From an uncultured Gemmatimonadales bacterium (GTDB lineage: Bacteria; Gemmatimonadota; Gemmatimonadetes; Gemmatimonadales; GWC2-71-9): 64,000 nucleotides of DNA. The stretch spans positions 1,728,001-1,792,000 of the forward strand of contig CAVZZO010000003.1 in assembly GCA_963779755.1 (NCBI GenBank), given 5' to 3'. Shown here in pieces: positions 58,719 through 64,000 of the stretch (its first letter is position 1; every line of letters begins with the position of its first letter). The notes beneath the pieces were generated by a model. The model had not been told where the DNA came from, ran no database searches, and was given only the letters and a program-made list of their open reading frames with translations. Position numbers and translations under genes: made by a program.

Positions 58719-61701
58719 CTACCAGCTCTTGTCCGCGCACGCCACCTTCACGCCGGCCGGCTGCTGCCCCGCCAGCGTGGTGCAGGACCCCCACCCGATC
58801 ACCTTCCAGTCGTCGTAGTTCCGGTAAGGCAGATCGGCGATGCCGTCGGCATGGGGGCGCACCGTCACCTGGTACAGCGAGTTGGGATGATCGCCCGCGT
58901 TGGGAATGGCATAGGATTGGGCGGCGCGCAACGCGACCTCGCCCGGTTGGAGCAGATCCACCCCGAAGGCAAAAGACCAGATGTTGTCGAACCACGAATC
59001 GAGCCCGATGCGCAGGGTACCCGCGGCGTCCACATAGGACATCTCCATGCGTACCGGATCGGGATTGCTCGCGCCCTCCACCGGATCCGCGTAGCGGATA
59101 TAGAGGATGTAGAGCCGTCCGTAGGTCGAGGGCACTGCGGTGGAGAGGGGTGAGGCAAGCACAGCCGGGCTCACGGGGCGCGGCCGGTCCGCCGCCCGGT
59201 GCGCCGAGTCTGGGGGTGCGGCAGCCGGCCGTCCGGCGCCTGGGGCGACGGCGAGATCGCCAGTCGACGAAAGCGTGTTGCCCGGAGCCGCGCCCACCCA
59301 GGCCAGCGCCGGCCTGCCGGTGGCGCCCCACATGGGGCCGTAGGGAATGCCGAGGCGCGCCCACCCGTGCGCCGGCAGCTGGCCCGGCGCGTAGAGCTGG
59401 ACGTACCGGTTGGTGTCGATCACCGCTGCCACCAGATGCTCCCGCCCGGCCGCCAGCCCGATGGGAAGCCAGGTGAACGCCAGGGCGGGCGAGGCGGTGG
59501 GCGACATTACCAGCGGCTGCCCGCCCACCGTCATGGTCTGCTCGGCCTGGAAGGTGGCGGGCGAGCGGTAGCGATAGCGCACCACGTTGTCCTGACCCCG
59601 ATAGGCCAGCACCACGGTCTTGCCGTCCGCCGAGACGGCAAGCGACGGCTCGCCCGCGGCCGGAGCGGCGGGAATGGAGTCCACCGCTCCCCAGACGAAG
59701 AGCCCGCCCTGTTCCTCCACCCAGGTTTCGAAGAGCGATCCGTTGGGCCGGATGCCCACGATGAGAATGAGCGGGCGGTTGTTCACCCGGATGGTGGCGG
59801 CATCCACCGCGGTCATCGCACCCAGGTCGCGCACGCCGGGCGTCACGAAGGAAAGGTTGGGGCAATCGTCCACTGCATTGCAGGTATAGGGGGTGGGCGT
59901 GTAGCTGAACGCCAGCTTGCCGGCCAGCGTCACCGAGAATACCCAGAGATGGTCCCGGAACCGCACCAGCGCCGGGCCGGCCTGGCTCAGCATCCCCACC
60001 TGCGTCTCGCCTTCGCGGGTGAATTCGCAGCCGCCGCCGTTCCCCGGCTGCAGGTTGGCGTAGGCCCGCACCGTAGCGCCGGCCGGCGCGAATTGGTTGT
60101 CGCGGTTCCAGTCCACGCTCCCGGTGGCCGAGTCCACCTTGTAGTAATATTGCTGCACCAGGGTACGGAGCAGCCCGCCGTAGGCGGCGTCGATCGCGCC
60201 GGTCTCCGTCAGGGCATGGTTGTTGAGGGTGGGGAACTTGCTGCCGTCCGAGAACTGCCACAGTCCCGAATTGAGGTAGGCGTAGTTCATCAGGCTGGGG
60301 TAGTTCGGCTTGCAGTTGGGCTCGTGCAGGCCGTTGGGCCCGTTGTGATCGAGGCCCAGCGTGTGGCCGAACTCGTGCGCCGAATTGCCGGCGTTCGCCA
60401 TGTTGAACCCGCAGGCGATGCCGTAGCCGCAGGAGCCGCCGCCGGTGGTGTAACCCAGCACATAGTGGAACATGCCCCAGCGCCCGGGGCTCATCTCCCG
60501 GGGCCAGGCGCCGCCCGGCGTCTGCGGCTGGTAGTTCCCCTGGGCATCGGGCACCGCGTCAACCGCGGTATATCCGCCCCAGTCGCCGTAGATCGTGGCA
60601 TCGGCCGGCGTGAGCGGCGGCACGCCGGTATCGAGGTGCAGGCTCACCCCGGGCCGGCGGTCGGGGTTGTTGACGCTGAGGGAGTGTACCACCTGGAGCA
60701 GCGGATCGGTGGTGGCGGTATCGGCGTAGATCCCGGCCATCTGCCGAGCCACCATGGGGCTCATGTGCTCCGCCACGCCGTTGATGCTGTCTGCCTGGGT
60801 CAGGCGGCGGAAATCCACCTCGGCGAAGATGTCCTTGTGCCGGGGATCGGCGCCCCAGGCGGGGAGCGCTACGTCTTCGTGAACCCGGGCCCCGGCGGGA
60901 TTGGTGTATACGGTATCCCGGCCCAGGACCTCCCAGCCGTCCCACAGGCCGTCGCCGTCGGTGTCGCGCGGATCGGGGATATCCCTGCACTCCACCCCGG
61001 CCACCGAGCCGCTGGTCGAGCCGCAGGTACCCAGGGCAAACTCGAGTGCGTCCCCCAGGCCGTCGCCGTCGCTGTCGTGGCCGGCGTCGTTGCGGTAGAC
61101 CGTGATGGGCGCGTCGGCGGCCGGGAGGCGGGTTCCGTACACCAGTTGCACGTTCCGGCCCTGGGGGAGGGGCAGCCGAGTCGTGCGGCCGGCCGCGCGG
61201 GAGAGAATGTCCAGCCCATCCGCGCTGGTCAGGTATGCCAGGTGGCTGGGCGACCCGTTGGGCGGCTCGATGCCCCGCGCCTCCTCGCCCGACGCGATGC
61301 CGGTCAGGGCGATCACCGCGCCGGAGGAGAAGGGCAGCGCGGCCTGGATCCGCCGGCCGTCCAACCAGACGTCGCCGGTCTGCACCGCGTCCGGCGTGCG
61401 CGAGCGCACCACGATGGTCACCGTCCCGGTGGTGCTTCCGGGGAAGGAAACGCTCAGTTGCCCGTTGCTCGCGACGCCGCGCGCCAGTTGCGCGCCGGAA
61501 CCGGCCAGAGGAGTTGAGCACCGGATCGGCCGCCGCGGTGAAGTTGCGCAACTCCACCAGGTGCTGCCCGGACTTCGCATGGAGGGTTGGCCATACTTCG
61601 CCCACGGGCGGAAGGGGCGAGACATTGAAGATCCTCGTCTGGGCCGCCAGCGGCGACACGGCGGCGGCCAGCAGGAGAAGAAGCGGAAACGTGCGCGGCA
61701 T
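58719..61701 (-). CDS. Secreted metzincin-type metalloprotease with Ca-binding repeats (frameshift near 61510)
   Basis: Signal peptide MPRTFPLLLLLAAAVSPLAAQ in adjacent frame; DSDGDGL, DTDGDGL; HEFGHTLGLDH; Met-turn YPSLMNY. Confidence 0.8.
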
Positions 61702-61904
61702 GACTTCTCCCGGGCAGGCGGTGTTGTTCGCGGCAGGAAAGCCGATCCAACTGGGAAGAGTGGCTCTAATCTTCAATCGGAAACGGGGGGCGCAAGGGGC
61801 CAGGGAATGTGACCGTCGCATTTCCCGGCCGGAGGCCTGCGAGCCGGTTGCTCCCCGGTTGAAATAGATGTCGTGCGCCGCTGCCTGTTCGGGGAGGCGC
61901 ATCT

Positions 61905-63950
61905 CTACCGTGCCGTTTCCTTTCCGGCCTGCCGCGCCGCCCGCCATTCGTCCCGGGCGAGACGTTTCACGTCAATCCCGTGCTTCAGTTTCAGCGTGGC
62001 CTCGGTCATGAACAGGGCGGCGTCCACTCCCGTCTCCACCGCCAGGTAGTCGTCGATCCATTGCTGGCGTTCGGGGTACTCGGCGGTCAGGATCACGTTG
62101 AGCAACGCGACCTGCAGGAACCCGATCTGGGTGGAGGTCGGCGGGTACTCGGTGACCGCCCGATCCAGGTAGAGCCCCCGGCGCCTGGCCATCCGCAGTT
62201 CCGACCGGCGGATCATGAGGTCGTCCCGGCTGTCGTCGTCCGCCTCGCAGGGGAGCGGATCCGGATTCGGAGCCGGATCGGGCAGCGAGAGCGGCGCGTC
62301 GCTGCGGGGGGCTGTGAGCGGCAGCAGCTTCAGGAAATCCGCGGCGGCCTGATCCCGGTCGGTGAGATGCCCGATCCCACACAGGGTCTCCACCGTTTTC
62401 AGCATGGAGGTGTGATCGTAGGTGGTGTGGTCGATCACGCCCCGGCGGGTATAGGGCGAGATCACCAGGGCGGGCACGCGGACGCCGAGCTGGTCGAACT
62501 GGAAGCCGAACTGCGAGTAGGCCGCCGTCTCCAGGTCGCCCGGGGGCACCGCCGGCCCCGGCGGGGCATGATCGAAAAACCCTCCGTGCTCATCGAAGGT
62601 GACCAGCAGGAGGCTGTGCTCCCAGTGCGGCGAATTGCGGATCGCCTCGTAGACGTCCTTGATGAGGCGCTCGCCCCGGGTCACATCGTCCAGCGGGTGC
62701 ATCGAGTTGCCGCAGGCAAAGTCGCCCGGGCCGGTGACGTCGAACTTGTGGGCCCCGTACTTCGGCTCGATAAAGACGAACTTGTAGCCGAAGGCCTCCG
62801 ACTGGACCTCGGACGCGAAATCCTCGAAGTCCTTGAAGCGCCCCTGGAGCCGGTTCAGGTTCATGCCCTTCATGGCGAAACTGACCGGGAAATCGTCCCC
62901 CTCATAGATCCGCCAGGGAATGCAGTTGGCGTCCAGCAGGTCGAAGATGTTGCCGTTTTCGAACCGGTACCCTTCCACCGTGGTGGAGGTCACCACGTCC
63001 CACTTGTCCGGACTCCCGTCCAGGCCGCCCGAGGTGCCTGCCAGCAGAAAGAAGCGGTTGGGCCAGGTGGGCCCGGGCAGCGAGGAGAACCACTGGTCGC
63101 ACACCGCGAACTCCCGGGCCAGGCGGTTGAGCACCGGCAGCTGCTCGGGGGAGAAGCAGCGCATGATCCGTTCGGGGGTGGGCGATCCGTTGTCCCGGTA
63201 GTTGGCGATGAACCCGGAGTTGTTCACCGGAGGATACCCGCCAGGCACCGGGTTGTAGACGGCCCCCTCCCCGCACAGCGCCACCACCGTCTCCTTGAAC
63301 TCGTGGCCCGGATCCTTGTCCACCCCTTTCAGCTGAAAATCGGCCGGGCTGCTGACCAGCACCGGCAGCCCCGTGATGGGGTTGATGTTGCTGGTGGCGA
63401 GCGGGTCGAACCCGGGGTTGAATACGGTGGGATTGCCGTCGGGATCCACTCCGGCGATGCCGCTGAAGCCCAGCATGTGATCGAAGCTCCGGTTCTCCAG
63501 CATCAGGACAAAGACGTGCTCGATGCGCGGCGGCCTCCCTTTCCCCCGTCCGAAGAGCGACCCGATCGCGCGGATCAGTCCGAGCAGGGCGCACCGCAGC
63601 GTGTCCCACGCCACGCAGACCAGCTGCAGCGCCCACGAGAAGACGACGCAGAACGCCTTCACCACCCAGGCGAAGGCCTTGCAGACCCACTTCGCCACCC
63701 AGTACCAGGCCTTGCACACCCACTTGGCCACCCAGTAGTACGCCCGGCAGAAGAACCCGGCGATACAGTTCCACGGCGTGTACCAGTGGCACTTCTCCCA
63801 GGACGTACAGTGACTCGACCCCTCGTCGGCCCATTCCGAGCACTGATTCGACCCTTCGTCGGCCCAGCTGGTGCACTCGTAATCGACCTGCGAACTCCAG
63901 TTCTTGCAGGTAATGACGAAGGTGTCGACCCATTTGGTGCAGGTGGCCAT
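61905..63950 (-). CDS. Phosphoesterase (phospholipase C/AcpA-like) with Cys/Trp-repeat N-terminus
   Basis: IEHVFVLMLENRSFDHMLG; CDQWFSS.PGPTWPNR; TFDEHGGFFDH; LGVRVP; YDHTS; RBS AAGGAG. Confidence 0.9.
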   Translation of the reverse strand: MATCTKWVDTFVITCKNWSSQVDYECTSWADEGSNQCSEWADEGSSHCTSWEKCHWYTPWNCIAGFFCRAYYWVAKWVCKAWYWVAKWVCKAFAWVVKAFCVVFSWALQLVCVAWDTLRCALLGLIRAIGSLFGRGKGRPPRIEHVFVLMLENRSFDHMLGFSGIAGVDPDGNPTVFNPGFDPLATSNINPITGLPVLVSSPADFQLKGVDKDPGHEFKETVVALCGEGAVYNPVPGGYPPVNNSGFIANYRDNGSPTPERIMRCFSPEQLPVLNRLAREFAVCDQWFSSLPGPTWPNRFFLLAGTSGGLDGSPDKWDVVTSTTVEGYRFENGNIFDLLDANCIPWRIYEGDDFPVSFAMKGMNLNRLQGRFKDFEDFASEVQSEAFGYKFVFIEPKYGAHKFDVTGPGDFACGNSMHPLDDVTRGERLIKDVYEAIRNSPHWEHSLLLVTFDEHGGFFDHAPPGPAVPPGDLETAAYSQFGFQFDQLGVRVPALVISPYTRRGVIDHTTYDHTSMLKTVETLCGIGHLTDRDQAAADFLKLLPLTAPRSDAPLSLPDPAPNPDPLPCEADDDSRDDLMIRRSELRMARRRGLYLDRAVTEYPPTSTQIGFLQVALLNVILTAEYPERQQWIDDYLAVETGVDAALFMTEATLKLKHGIDVKRLARDEWRAARQAGKETAR

Positions 63951-64000
63951 GGGCTACTCTCCTTCCGGAGCGAATCGGAGACGCAGGCGGCGATAGAGCA

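Noticed and set aside
1192..63933. Many long antisense/alternate-frame ORFs (e.g. 6583-8496 -, 30657-32522 -, 59199-61517 +)
   Set aside because: Shadow ORFs expected at about 70% GC, overlapping well-supported genes.

Overview
High-GC chromosomal window, probably Gemmatimonadota. This is inferred from the expansion of Ser/Thr kinase-TPR genes, the ECF sigma factors and the Ig-rich lipoproteins. It holds about 50 genes. (1) Two caa3-type heme-copper oxidase clusters: a canonical A1 enzyme truncated at the left edge, and a second complete cluster whose subunit I keeps all metal ligands but lacks the D-channel Glu (GHPWVY) and the K-channel Lys. (2) greA with an orphan groES-like gene. (3) A B12-radical SAM gene, ada and a PCuAC copper chaperone. 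(4) An ECF43-like sigma/kinase pair and three more kinases. (5) Two ECF42 sigma/YciI(DGPF) modules with four identical-format TGTCGA-N17-CGAC promoters; one drives a BNR-propeller plus MoaD/ubiquitin-like pair. (6) A CarH/LitR B12 photoreceptor locus. (7) A TonB receptor/membrane protein/TiaS-like module. (8) Large Ig-like surface lipoproteins. (9) A REP-associated tyrosine transposase with nested REPs. (10) A secreted metzincin and a phosphoesterase with a CxxW-repeat N-terminus. Intergenic DNA carries many 7/8/9-mer periodic, often inverted, repeats, a (GGCGGTAC)n array, a 5x98-bp tandem array and a candidate structured RNA. Several genes after 49.7 kb carry 1-nt frameshifts, probably long-read errors. 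No rRNA, tRNA or CRISPR array was seen. All family calls are by motif recognition; no searches were run.
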